Shown: positions 1 through 12,692, numbered from the stretch's first letter. The stretch: DNA of 64,000 nucleotides from Lepidodermella squamata (GCA_047495785.1 JBLDXI010000021.1:1240001-1304000); one strand, 5' to 3'. A program made the numbers and translations. Notes: generated by a model not told the origin, from the letters alone.

Positions 1-648
1 ATGAAGCGCCTGTTTTTCGCGTCCCCGCAGCCAATAAATTTCGACTGAGCCGCGGATTAACGCCGCGGATTACAGCAATTAAACTCGGCTTCCGCGATGC
101 GCGCGCGCGCGCTAGTTCTCATTTGCCAACTTGATCGCGCATCCGAGCGTGCGCGACACCTGCGCGCGCGAGACACCTGAATAGCCGCAAACGGCGGTGG
201 CGGTCAAGCGCTCAAATTGCCGAACGGGCGCGGCACTTTGAGAAGCCGCCGCCACCGCCACCGTTGTAGCCGGCCGACGTGTCAAGAAGCGGGCGGGCGT
301 TTTTGGCCAACGCCGCGCGTCTTCCGCGACCGCAAGGCGCTAATGGCCTCTCGACACGCAAACATACCAACGGTAGTAATAATAATAATACGACCCCGCG
401 ATTAATGATACAGGGCACAAATCATGTCCGTAAAAAAATGTGTCGATCAAAATGCACGCACATCTATCAAATGCTGACGTTTTAAATGCCATTATCATGA
501 CAGACTCGAGTTACTACAACTAGACAAGGCATATCAAGTGCTAATGATCTATGAGATGGCTGTTGTGATGTGTAATGTTATATGCTGCGAGAACGCGAAA
601 AGTGTGGCTAATGACTTTAATGAACAAAAAAAAGTTGTATGAACTCAC

Positions 649-1952
649 CTCCGAGTTGGTTTCGCATCCAAGGGTACACGCTCGAGCCAGCCATGGATGG
701 GTCGAATGACATGGACATGTCCCCGTCGCCATCTTCGTCGAAACTGTCCGCTTCTGACTTTTCGGCACTGCTTCCAGGCCGGCAATGAGATCGAGGCTGA
801 AATTAAAAATATTTAAAAATTGAGAAATAAAATGAAAAATTTAAATAAAACTCACATCTTGGAGATTGTCATGAGCCTGTTGAAGACCAGCTAGGGGTTG
901 AATTTTCGCCCCTGAAAGCTGACCAACTCGCCCCAAAGGTCCAGGTAAAGCTTGAGGAACTAAAATGAATAAAAATGTTGGTTAAATTTCGGAAATTTCA
1001 CGGTTTTAAAGAGCCTAAAATGTTGAGAAATCAAATAGAAGTAACTCACTTGATTGCTGCATCTGAGCTAGAATGTCATGTTCGGGTTGTTGGAACATTG
1101 GCTGAGCATACTGATGAATCGCCTGTTGCCTTTGCTGGTCTTCAACTGTTGGAAAGGCGCCTCCAAAAGGGTTGCTGTCGAACCCATTTTGATACATGGC
1201 AAACATCTAAAAACCAAGTAATGAAATAAAATTCCGCCTAATTATTTTTAAATTGTTATTTGCCTGTTGTGGAGGGTTATAGGTTGGCTTAGGAAGCGGC
1301 TGGGTTGCGGCCAGCATGCTAGGGAAAGATTGCTTGGCGGAAAGGTTGTTGTTGTTGTTGTTGTAATAAGGCTGATTGTTGTTGCTATTGGAGCCGGATC
1401 GGCCACTAGTATTAGCGTTTGGCGTTTGACTCGATGAGTAAAAATTGTTGTAAATCGCTGTGGCGGAATAGCCACCACCACCGCCGAAAGACGCCGATCG
1501 AATCGCGGCGCCAGGCGACAACTGCCCGCCATTCGACCCGCCACTACCTACTGGCTGCGGATCCGCCGCGCTCCCGGTAAATTGCGCCTGTTGGGCGGTT
1601 GTAAAAGCTGACAAGTCACCTAACTGCTGGTAGTTGGAAAAATTCGGCGCAATTTCTGCCACATTTTTCGGCGAAGGTACTGAGGGTGGCTAAAATAAGC
1701 ATAAATAAATTAACATTTAAGGCGGATTTTTAGTGAGTTGTAACTTACGACACTAGTTGAACCTGGGGATGCGACAACTTCGGCCGTTTGTTGGGTGACG
1801 ACAGCAGAGGCCTTGGGCGATGGCAGCTGTGAGGAAAGCGGGTAGAGCTGTGACGTCGGCGCGCTGATGGTAACGCCGCTGGCTGCCGATGTTAATGGAG
1901 CATTATAGTGGCCATTTTGCTGCTGCGGAAAATTTCCATAAAACGAAGCCAT
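649..1952 (-). CDS. Hox gene, central/Antp-like class; 5' part only (homeobox exon lies left of the window)
   Basis: Hand-spliced exons 1952-1749, 1689-1264, 1206-1050, 959-856 and 796-649 stay in one frame. N-terminus MASFYGNF resembles the Hox SSYF motif, and the body is N/Q/G/S-rich. The last exon ends SSVYPWMRNQLG and is followed by a phase-1 GT intron, the typical hexapeptide-intron layout (cf. Antp LYPWMRSQFG). No WFQNRR in 1-648. Confidence 0.85.
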
Positions 1953-2266
1953 TAGAGGACCGCCGGGGTAATTTAACAACTCGTCTAATTGCTTTCGGGC
2001 AGTTATTACCTAGGTGATGTAATGGGAAAGTTAAAATGTAATTATCGTTTTCACGGCAGCGGGCAATAACGATTATGGGCTGCAATAATGGAGCGCTGCG
2101 AAGATGATGGGACGGCGACAAAGAGATGGCCTATTACCTGCCTATAATGGCCTATAACGCTAATGGTAATACGTCGGCGGTTTTCTCAAGAAATAAATGT
2201 TGCTGCTGCTGCTGATGGTTTAATGTTTTATCACGCCGCCGCTATACGTTGAAGGTAGCAGCCCGC

Positions 2267-2293
2267 GTCACGTGACCGAGCCAACCGGCCAAT
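2267..2293. promoter_or_regulatory. Putative Hox proximal promoter: palindromic E-box GTCACGTGAC plus CCAAT box
   Basis: GTCACGTGAC at 2267-2276 and CCAATCAG from 2289, in a GC-rich island about 320 bp upstream of the Hox ATG. Confidence 0.45.
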
Positions 2294-3021
2294 CAGCGTG
2301 CGCCGGCGCCTGGCCGCTGCGTGAGAGTGGCTGGCGGCGGCGTGTGTGACAGCTGAACATTTTCTCGCCTCGCTGGGCCTAATAACGGTGAGCGCGCGCT
2401 GGAACGCCGCTGTCGGCGCGCCGCCGCCGCCGTGCGCTGCGCTCGCTCGGTACTGCGCCGATATGTGCCAATGTGCGTGCGCGCGCGATTTATTGCCATG
2501 CGAGCGGCGTGGCACTAATGGCCATTAACGCGGCCAATTGATCGGCGGCTCTTCTGTTGCGGGCTGCTGCTGGCAGCTTTTCCTCGTTGCCCAGCCGACA
2601 CTTGCTGCTGCTCTCTCTCTCAATACAACACGCACACGGCGTCGCCGAACTCAGCGTATAATAAATACGACAAAATTTTAAAGCCGAAAGAAACGCGCGA
2701 AAATTCAACCCTGAAATATTTAAAGGTGATCGGGGGTCGCTTTTTAATGTGAAGTGTATAATATTTCTCCTCCCCTGACTCAATAGACGCCGCCCTTTAG
2801 TCTATTTAACTATATTTTATTAAACGGTACTAATTTTTATGGTCGTTTTCGCTCATCGAAACTGCTGTTTTAGTGTGCAAAAAAACGATGAGGTTTGTTT
2901 GTCATCATTACTATATACCGTCGCGCGTACGCTTTATTATACGTTAAAGGGCGACAAAAGTTAAAAGGTAAATTGAAGAAAAGCACCTGGTGTTATCATT
3001 GATACGATACACCGCGCCTGC

Positions 3022-3045
3022 CTGTCACGCCGATTTGATTTATAG
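3022..3045. promoter_or_regulatory. Putative Meis + Pbx/Hox composite site
   Basis: CTGTCA (TGACAG on the minus strand) at 3022-3027, an 8-bp spacer, then TGATTTATAG at 3036-3045. Confidence 0.4.
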
Positions 3046-3812
3046 CCCTGCAGGTGAAAGAAAGGCTAGGTCTATGTTGATAATAATGTATTAATTAGCT
3101 GAAGAATTTGATAATTTCGGTGTCGATGATGATGATGATGATAGTAACGACCGAGGCACGCATCATTAGTCGTGATTATACCACAGTTCAGTGTCCCGTC
3201 TTGAAGAACCAAGAGGCGACTCTTTGTGTCGCATTACTACACTCGGCTGCCGAAGCAGCGTCGGCGACATATAACCTGTGTGGCTCGGTTTCATCCATCA
3301 GGGCAGGTGCCTGTTGGTATAATACCAGTGTATCATCATCGCTCATCATGCGCTCGCTGGCCATGTTTATAAAACACAACAAAAACACGCAGCGCAAGTC
3401 ACGACAGATGATAATCGCGGCAATAAAACTTGTGTTCCAGAAGCGAATCGGCGGGGTCATCATCATCCGCGTCTCCAATTCCAGGTATCATCGCCGCCGC
3501 CGCCGCCGCGTAACTGTACCGCGTCTGTGTCTCGCTTCAAGAATGATATATACCTGGTTTTGTCGTAAAATCTGCTCTTCAACTAATGGCCGTAGAACCT
3601 CTCTCAAGGCGTTCGTCATCACCCCCAACAAGAGCCGCGTATCATCATCGCTCATTTTTATTCTTTTCGCATAAATAAAAAAATGAAGACGCCGTGTCAC
3701 ATCGTGGCATTTTCCATAAATTACGCTCCAGGTTTCACTCGTTTTATATTGTATGGAAAATGACAGCCAGTGACACGCAAACGTCGAGAGTATAACATCG
3801 CTATATAGTTTT

Positions 3813-6800
3813 TTATTGCTGCTGACTTTTCACAGCCTGTTTGATCATCTCCTGCAGATTCTGCGCTCGTTGCGCGATCGGCATCGTGCGCGCCAACTGC
3901 GCCGTCGTCACCGTGACCGCCCGGTAGCCGAGCAGGCCGAACAGCCGCGCGTGCAGTTGCGCCAGGCCGTTCGGCTGCGTTTCCAGCAGCGTCTGCTCGC
4001 CGTATTCGCAGACTTTGATGCCGACTGGGATTGCGGAGGAGCCTTTCGTATCGCTCAAATGCGATTCGTTCGGCACCAGCTCACCCGCCTTGTCAACGTA
4101 GACCGTGAAGTCTACAAAATAAGAATGAAATTTATGAAAAATAACACAATTATTGAAAAATATAACCATGTAAAATTTGCTCAAAGTTCGAAATTATAAT
4201 TAAAAAATCGATTTTATCGCGAAATTAAAAACGTAGACTTAATTGCAAGATAACTCCAAGTTAACTCAAACAGACAAAATCGACCCAACTTGAAATCACT
4301 TGATTTTTCTCATTTTTCTCATTATTCTACTTGTCAAATTTAACGTTGAAGTTACTAATGATACATTTTTCAGTTGGACTTGAATAAATAAATTGAAAAA
4401 TCAGCAGCCTCACTTCCTATGAGCGATCTGGAGCTCAGGCAGCTTACACTTCCGCTAATGTAGTTCCACGTGAAACTGAACCTTTTCCACGCGGAGATTT
4501 AAAAGCGGCTGAAGATTCGATAAAAGCCACAGAATCGAATGGAAAAGTAGATGAACGAATTGCCCCTCTCTCTCTCTCTTAAAGGAGATTTTAATTAAAT
4601 TCCTTGTAAATTCTAGAATTTCTTTATACTTTTCTGCAAGATTTCTCCAAGTCCAAGTCTCTGACATGATGACATATCATTTGAAAATCGACGGAACTTA
4701 ACCTCAAAGTAAATAACCTCGAAGAAGCTCAACTGTCGCTGGATGGTCAGAGTAAAGCTCATTCCAACTTTCTTTACCATGAAACACCGGGCGTTTGTGA
4801 AATTGTAAAAGCACTCATGATCAACGCTCAGAGGCATCGTGGTCCACATGTCACTCTCACCAAGGCATCGCAGAACCTTCCGCCAGCGTCTGCTTCTTTC
4901 AGCAAGGCTTGACGAGACCGAAAATCTAGTCAATCTCCAACTCATGCTACGGCAAAATACCTTGACAGCCTCCCACGCAACCTTAGAACACTTGCCTAAT
5001 TACTGCTCGAGTACGGCCTTGTACTTAGAAGGGTAAAGGGCGACTTCCATTTTGATTTCAACAACACCAAGTTTTAATGAAGGGATTGATTGATCATCCC
5101 GAAACGGGGAAAACTTTTTTCATCCGACCAATGTCTTATTTCATCCGACAACCAAAAATGAGACTAAAACCTGCCGACTTGCATTTTCCTATTTTCGAAC
5201 AACCCAAAAATTGGCTTAATTTAGGGCGGGATGTTAATTCTGTCCAGCTGTAATGAATTTTTATGCCAATCGGTAAACAAAATTTGCTTTAATTCACTCA
5301 CCAATGCAAACCCCACCGTCGGTTGGCTTGTCCATAACGACATATTTCTTGACATCACAGAACGCCGCAAAGGTGTCGAGGCACAGCTCAAACTGCGGCC
5401 GGTCCGCCTTAATGCGGCAATCGCCACTTGGAATCGCCAGAATCTGACTAGGTTTCGCGGGTAATTTCGCCGAAATTGCCGCATGTTCGAGCCGAACAAG
5501 CTCGCGAATATTCGCCATTTGAAGCCGAACACGGCGCGTGGCAGGGTTTTTCAACTGACTAGGATCCGAGCCAGGGCTTTTCGCCACCAAATTTTTCACC
5601 AAGCTCTGAGCAAAATCTTCCGTAAACATTTTAGTCAACACCGACTCGAGATTCGGCATCGTTTTATCCTGACGCAACGCGAATACCGACCAGATTAATT
5701 TCAGCCAAAGCGATGAATCACTCGTTGATAAATCCAATAAATTTGTTGAAATCAACTCGGCAGCTGAAGGCACGTCCTTCGGGTACAACCCATTCACCCC
5801 AGCTGCGATGATAGCATCGGCTAATAACGATTTATTCTTCGATTCAATGCCAGATCGAATCAAATTCGCGAGCAGTTCTTCATCTCGAAGTTGAAGCGAT
5901 CCGACTGATTTGGTCAATGCGATTAAATTAGCCTGGCTAAATTCGCTGTAACGCTTCTTCACCACGCTAACAATGCCTTTCATCAACCGTTGCTCAGTTA
6001 CGTTCAGCTCCGAGCATGAGAATAAAACATTGAGTAGATGAACGGGTGATAGGTTTTCTAAACACCCTGGTTGGCGCATGTAATAAGCAATCGCCCTTAG
6101 CAACGGGGTGTGGCGGTGTTCAAGCCGGGTTTGAACGTAAAATGCCCTGTAGAGTTGTTTCGGGGTCAAACGGGAGATGCAGGCGACGAGCCGGTCGTTC
6201 AGCTCGCGGGCTGTTGTCGAATTTGGCACGGCAGCGCTCGATGGTGGGCTGAATTTGTAGAGGGCGAACAGTAGGTCGGCTGGTTTCGTGATTTCGGGCA
6301 ACCGGCTGCGAAGTAATTTCGTCAAATCGTCAGCTAGAACGGTTATCACAGACTGAGCCGGCTTCACTTTTCCAACGGAGCTCGCATCAAAGAGCTTGAC
6401 CAGCTGCAAAATAAAAAATGCTTGTATAGGTGCAGAATTCGAAAATAAAAAAATAAGCGCTATAAAATTTTCCCGAAATTATCGATTTTTAGAAAAAGTT
6501 GTATTCGGATTTTTTTAGGGACCCCGTCAGATTAATTAATAACTTTCGACTTGAGTTCGGCATGGGAATTCCTCTTAAAATTAACTAACTCCTCTTCAAA
6601 ATTGAAGGAAACTCTCCCTTATGACGGTGATTTTGAGCACGACATCAACTAAAAAATTCTTTCTGAAATTTCTTTTCTGCTTTTCTGAAATTTAAAAACG
6701 CTGATTCAAACGTCTGTTCTCAAGTTTCTTCAAACTTCAGCCAATTCAAAGGCGAACGTGAAACTCACGGACCTTTTGCGAATTAGCGCCTGAAATTATC

Positions 6801-9175
6801 AGTTCAAATTTACGCATTAAAAAAAATTAGGAAAATTTGCAGTAAATACAGCGTGTCCCATAAATAAATTTAACGCAAGCAAAGAAAATACACGGAAGAG
6901 TTCAGAAACTTCAAAATGAGAGAAATCCCATGGCCAGAAAAAAATTTATCCTGAGAATAGTAATCAGATATGTCACTTGTTAATGGGATTGAAGAAGTCC
7001 GGAGAAATTTGTTCCAACCTGATAAAATACCGAAAATTACCGAATCAGTTACCATCGGGGTTTTCCGGGTTTTATTCGGTAAAATTGTTACTTCTTCGGT
7101 TAAGTCGCGTGCAAAAGATGAAATATTCCCTCGGAAGTTTTAATTTAATAAAATTAGTTGAATTTCCTACAAAAAGTAGCCAATTAAAAAATAGTTGCCC
7201 AACTTCCGGGACACGCTAGGAAAATATTTTTTTTAACATCAAATTTACTTTTTTCAACATCAAATTACTTTTTCTATCATCAAACTATTTTTTCAACAGC
7301 AAACTTCAGAAATTATTATTTGATAGGGAAGAGTATGCTTTCATGATGAAGTTGTGGATTTCATGTGGTTACGACCTCGGGTGATGATAGCGGGGCCCAG
7401 GCTCGTGCCAATGAGCTAAGGTGATCATATCTAGAGGTGGAAACAGGTCGGGTTAACCGGCCGGTAAGCTGTAAGCTGACCGGTTGAGTCGGGTCACGAG
7501 TTGGGTATGGGTCGACTAGTTTCCAGCCGGTTGACCGGTAAACTGGGCTTTTCGGCATGAAAGAAAAACATATAGCGAATTTAACGCGGCTATTAGACTC
7601 CCGCGAATAGTTACGAGTAGCACGCGTAAGAGATGAAAGGACGCTATTATCAACAATCAGGGGTCTGCGCTAATCGATTATTGGATTTTTGGTGATTCAT
7701 AGTGGTTGAAAGACACTTTCAATTATAAAGAGACCTTGCAAACGGTGATTACAACACCTAAATTGTTATTGTCGCTACATGCGAAAGTCCGGCTACGAAC
7801 GACGTCAGTGCCGGGCAAAGTTGCTTCTCGACGGCGAGACATGGGTGCTGATGGCATATCCGGGGCGAAGCAGCGTCACAAGACCACTTCCCAACTAACG
7901 ACACCAGTCGAGAAGCGAATAGAGAAGTATTACAATAGAATAGACACATCCCCAGGGTACGAGTTGAAAATCTCCATCGACATTTATAATACCCGCCCTC
8001 AAGACAGGGAGCGCATGCGGCTTTTCAGTGCAGCGCAACGGCGTAAAACGTTCCCGCGGCTAAACCTTGAAGGGCCCTGGCTAATTTCACTCATTTGAAT
8101 CATTGTCTTCGCAAAAATGAGTATCGTGAAATTATTCGGACAAATTTTTACAAAATCAATTTTTTTTGGCCAAAAATCAAATATTTGTCCGTAACTTTGC
8201 AAAATTGCAGCTAACTCAATTTTCCATATTTTTATAAACGGGTTCGACAGCAATAAACTACATTGTTCGCCCAAATTTTCTGTTATTTTTCCGGACTGGT
8301 CATTATCAAGGGCTTTGATGAGTGTGGATCGCAAAAAATAACATATCAAAATTTGCTGTTGAAAAAAGTGTTTGATGATAGAAAAAGTAATTTGATGTTG
8401 AAAAAAGTAAATTTGATGTTGAATAAAATGTGACCCACACGCTATATCTCGCCGAACTTTGCTTAATTAAAATTTCAGAATTTTTCATAAATACCTAAGC
8501 TAATTTTTAGCCTCTGAAAATATTAGTTTGCCACATCTCACATTCTATAAAAGTAAGTTAAATCAGGCATGAGATTCCTCCAAGATAAATCAAAGCCAAT
8601 GCATTTTCAATTGCGTCTGAGTATGAATTTGGGATGTTTGTTATAAGAAAAATTACCCCTATAAGCTGGTTAATATCAGTTTTCGGCATAATAAATCGAA
8701 TTTGCCGTTCAACCGAAATCCAGATGCGGCTATCAGGCGGCAGGTTAAATTTCAAGCAAAACGCGCCAACGGTAGCCAACTGGTCGTAAGTTAGCATGTG
8801 CATGCTATCGTGAACCGGGGCCAGCAAGTCGTCGAGAAGTTTCGCCGAAAAAGGCCGTGCAGCATCGGTTGGAACCGGACCAGCCGGGGCTAAATCATTC
8901 GCTCGTCGCAACACAGATATCGCGTTATCCGCCGTTGTTGGCAGCATTTTCGACGTCGATCTAGCGAGTTCAGTCAAATTTTGACACGAAAAAACCGTCT
9001 GGCGAAACGTGTTATTAGGATTCCCGAACGGCCGTTTCGACTGCAAGTGCCAGTTGGTTGACGACTTCGGTTGAACATTCTGACTGGTCACCACCGTGGT
9101 ATTAGGCCGGTATTGAAACAGCCGGCCAGAAATTAGCGCCCTGGCACTCAAATACGCCGATTTTGATAAAGACAT
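3813..9175 (-). CDS. FAST kinase domain / RAP domain mitochondrial RNA-binding protein (FASTKD/TBRG4 family)
   Basis: Exon 1 from 9175 has an R/S-rich presequence-like N-terminus. The Leu-rich helical exon 6403-5302 (HTPLLRAIAY, LLNVLFSCSELN) splices in phase 1 to 4111-3813, giving GGVCIDFTVYVD...GLAQLHARLFGLLGYRAVTV (RAP-like). Splicing between about 8650 and 6404 is unresolved. Confidence 0.7.
6849..8446. mobile_element. Tc1/mariner-type MITE with an element inserted into its right terminal repeat
   Basis: TA-CAGCGTGTCCC at 6849-6859 is inverted at GGGACACGCTA 7208-7218. The terminus resumes as ACACGCTA-TA at 8437-8446. Confidence 0.45.
7219..8436. mobile_element. Non-autonomous DNA transposon with long modular TIRs and an 8-bp TSD
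   Basis: About 75-bp inverted repeats (about 7233-7304 vs 8349-8422) built of TCAACATCAAA-like modules. Flanked by the direct repeat ACACGCTA (7211-7218 and 8437-8444). Confidence 0.65.
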
Positions 9176-9613
9176 AATTAAAATCCACCTTAAAATAAGA
9201 GGCGAAAAATGTAACCATTTCTCACAAGTGTTTTATTTGATTGTATCTTTTTTACAAAATAAAGAAACCATAGCATCGGCAAGAATCAGCAAGAGGTGAA
9301 TAGACGAGAATGTCTTGCCACCACAAGAAACGAGGGATATTCGACAGCAAGCGTAGGAGACACAGGTATGAAGAATAGCAGTAGGAATAATAATAATTAG
9401 TAGTTAATACCACACGAAGTTTTTGTCATTGTTTTTCTTGAAAAATCAAATCGGCACCGCACCTTTAAAGACAGCAGAACTAGATATTTACACGAAAAAC
9501 GATATCATGATAACTCAGATCATCCGTGGCGTTATAGAAGTATACTTTACGTGGCGTCACTCGAGTTGCTTCAGAAGCACAACACAATAAGCTAAAATTG
9601 ATTATCGGAATTG

Positions 9614-11002
9614 CTATTCGCGAGGCGATTGCGGGATGTCGCTGTCTTGATTTTCACCCGACGACAAATTGTTGAGACTACTGCTAGCGGTTCCTGCTAG
9701 GTTCGTTTGAGAGCCGTTACGGCTCGATCGAAGGTTTGGCGCGTCGTTGCTCGCAGCAGCACCGTTTGGCATAGTCAAGTTTTGCGTAACCAGAGGAGCT
9801 CCAGGTTTCGATTTTTTAGCCGAGTTTAGAAACCCGCAATAAGCGCAACGGTACGCCAGGTATTCAAACTCTTCCCGAAGAGCCATTCCATTATGACTGT
9901 GACACTGGACACAAATCAATGCGTACCGATTTTCAACTCCGTCGCCTAAAAAAATTTACTTGAAAATTCCATCCTAATAATTCGTTATATTTTTACCCAA
10001 AACCCAATCGATCAATCGATCAGTTGTTGAGCGATTTTGCGGTAAAATCGGGCGAGGTAACCTGACATTAGGATAGGGCGGTGGAGCCATGTTTGGCGGG
10101 TGCATCTGAGGTGAGTTAATGGCAGAAGGTCCTGGCTGCTGTGGCCCGTCAGGAGATTGAACAGGCATCTGAGAGCTTGTTTGTTTCACAGCGTTCCCGT
10201 TTTGCTGTTGCCCACCGAGCGCCGGTGTCCTCCGATGGCGCAGATTACCCTGAGATGGACTAACATCTCGTTTATTGCTAGCAGCATCACTTTTGCCGCG
10301 ATTTTGTTGATTTCCGTTTTGTTGTTGGTTTTGGTTAGCATTTGCTTCGTTTCCGTCAATGAGAGCTCGCTGCTCGCCTTCGGCGGTATCTTTCAGTTTT
10401 TCGGGGAAGTACTTTTTCATCAGTTCAACAACTCGTTTATACGTTTCGGTATCCATTAGGTTTTTAAATATTTCCTCCCGCTCGCCCTCCAGCCGCTTCA
10501 ATTCGTCTTCCGCATGAGTTATCTGCCGCACGAAAAACCAGCGCAGAAACCGCCTGATAAGCACCATTCTACCAGGCAGAAAATTTGGCACTGCAAATGT
10601 ATTTATTGCGCATCAGTAGGTAACTTACAATAGCGGGCTGAGAATAAACGGCAGCGTATACAATAACCGACTATACCATTCATCGCCTGATATCGCCGCG
10701 CCCCAGTAGTACCAGCCAACAGCTGCGAAGAGGTATATAACACTCGAATAGAAAACCAAGCGAGCACCGATCCGACGCTCGAGATCGGTGGTCCGACTGC
10801 GTTTTTCCTGCAAACAACTTATTTGCTAAAAGGAAACAATACTTTAAGCCCGGAAATAAGAAAAAATAAACGGTTATTACATTGCTCAAGTTTTCCAAAA
10901 TAGCCTCGGTGGATTGTTTGCGCTATAAACACACGGAGACATGCAATTGAATAGAGAATAATTAAATTAACCAACCTTGAAAACGGAAGCAAGTAATCCC
11001 AT
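9614..11002 (-). CDS. LNPK: Lunapark, ER junction formation protein
   Basis: MGLLASVFK (myristoylation-type start), RKQSTEAILENL, two TM segments, METETYK-like motif, and the zinc finger GDGVENRYALICVQCHSHNGMALREEFEYLAYRCAYCGFLN. Five exons with GT-AG introns. Confidence 0.95.
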
Positions 11003-12380
11003 GACTAGCGCTTTGTCGGGTCGGAAATTAAAACATTAACTAAGCAAGTCAAGGAAATAATTTGCATCAAAGGATAAACAGCGTTGTCAGAATAAGTAAT
11101 GGCAAGATTTCGAACACTTCTGAATTCGAAACGAAGAGTAACAAAACGCGATATAGCCAATTTATCGTGAAGGTGATACAAAGGGAGAAAAGCTTGATGC
11201 CATGAATAGGCGTGTACTTGAAATGGGCGGATCATATAGCACAATGGATTATTATCACTTTAAAAGTTGAAAGTTTTTATGTTCGCTATGGATATTTGAG
11301 GTCGTTATAGTGGAAATGATGTAGGCCCAGGCATGGCTTATGTTCCAACAAATATAAAACAAGGGATTTGGTACAATATCAGATAAATGCTCGAAAACCG
11401 ATTATCTCAACAAAGCGACAATCGAACGATGGACATACTCAGTCGCCATTACTCAATGGTAGTCAAGGCAGAAGATATATCAAACTTCAAGCTGTGCAGC
11501 AGAACGCGTTTAGGTAATTGAGCCTATTCATTTGATGCTGTTGATCTCCTGAAACCGTTAACAACCAATTGAAAAGAGACGGCTAACCCAAGAAATTAGC
11601 CAATTAGCAAATAGATGCTTGCACTCATGAGCCTTTTGCCATGGTCATTGAGACATCATTTGGAGAAAGCTCCGAAGATGGCTGATGAGAAAACAGGAAT
11701 ACCAAAATGGCATATCTTATCTCATCTCTACATCCGCTTTGTATGTTGTATTTTGAGAGTTGCGAGGCTAGCAAATGAGACCGATTTGACGCCACTGCCC
11801 GCAGCCCGCAATGTATGTATTTGGAAAATACTCAGCCTTTAGAAATAGGAAACAATCTTCCATATTCACTTGAAAGGAAAAACATCGATTTGTTCAAGGG
11901 TAATTCTCATATTCTCTCTCTAGGATGCAAAAGATCATCGTTATCATATCGCAAATGAAGAAGCGATACAAATGCAAAGCCCTCGGACAACCAATGACCA
12001 CTGCCAATGCCTCCCAACTCACCAGCTTACAGAACTAACCGCCAGGGCCCGCGGTTTTCTGTCGGTTGGGGCTTCCTGCAGATCAGCACGGATCACAGCT
12101 GACTGATCGCGCGCAATTCGCGCTCATAAGTTGAAGGTCATAATAAAAAACTATAGTTTGAGTAAGTAAATTGAATTTTATTAGGTTTACATGAATTTTT
12201 GTTGGAAGTTATTGTTATATTTAGCCGCGGAAAACATAGAGAAGATCAAGTCCGGATCACCTTGATTCGCTTGCCATTAGCGATTGCGAACAATCGCCAT
12301 TACCATTTTTCAATTCTCGCCCCCATTGCATTGTCACACAGCATCGCTGTAGCATAGTGTATTATCTAAGAGTGGAGGGA

Positions 12381-12692
12381 GGCGCGGTGGCTCAGTTGGG
12401 TCGTTGATGAGCATCTGAGGGTATATCGCTCGGGACTCGGGACTGGGTTCAAGTCCTAGTAACGGAACCAGGATCGAGTCCCCTCGGCCCCGGGGTGGTT
12501 TTACCAATCCATCGCGTTACAAATTGGAAAGTTGAGAGGCTGGGAGTGCCAGCTAGCCTGCAACAGTCGTACTCCGTCACACGGAAATGTACATCTTATT
12601 CACTTACGATAAGACATTGGGTTAGAGTAAGTGGCAAGCCCTTCTAATCCTCAAAGTTCGATTTGAAAAATAAATTATTATCATTATTATTA
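12381..12692 (+). mobile_element. tRNA-derived SINE
   Basis: A box TGGCTCAGTTGG (12388-12399) and B box GGTTCAAGTCC (12446-12456). No cloverleaf, a unique body and a (TTA)n-like tail. The 3' boundary is approximate. Confidence 0.6.

Noticed and set aside
3108-3674. 188-aa plus-strand ORF
   Set aside because: Low-complexity, with no recognisable domain and a TTG start. Probably a chance ORF.
1-3800. Hox-associated microRNAs (miR-10, miR-196/iab-4) or a homeobox exon
   Set aside because: No matching mature sequence or WFQNRR codons found by eye.
4400-5100. Coding-like sequence in the last FASTKD intron
   Set aside because: Multiple stops in all frames and no identifiable domain. The flanking exons join cleanly without it.
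7233-7304. Short regularly spaced repeats resembling a CRISPR array
   Set aside because: Eukaryotic intron context with no unique spacers, and the block is mirrored at 8349-8422 as a transposon TIR.
12381-12460. Possible tRNA gene
   Set aside because: A and B boxes are present, but there is no acceptor stem or anticodon arm and no poly-T terminator. A SINE head fits better.
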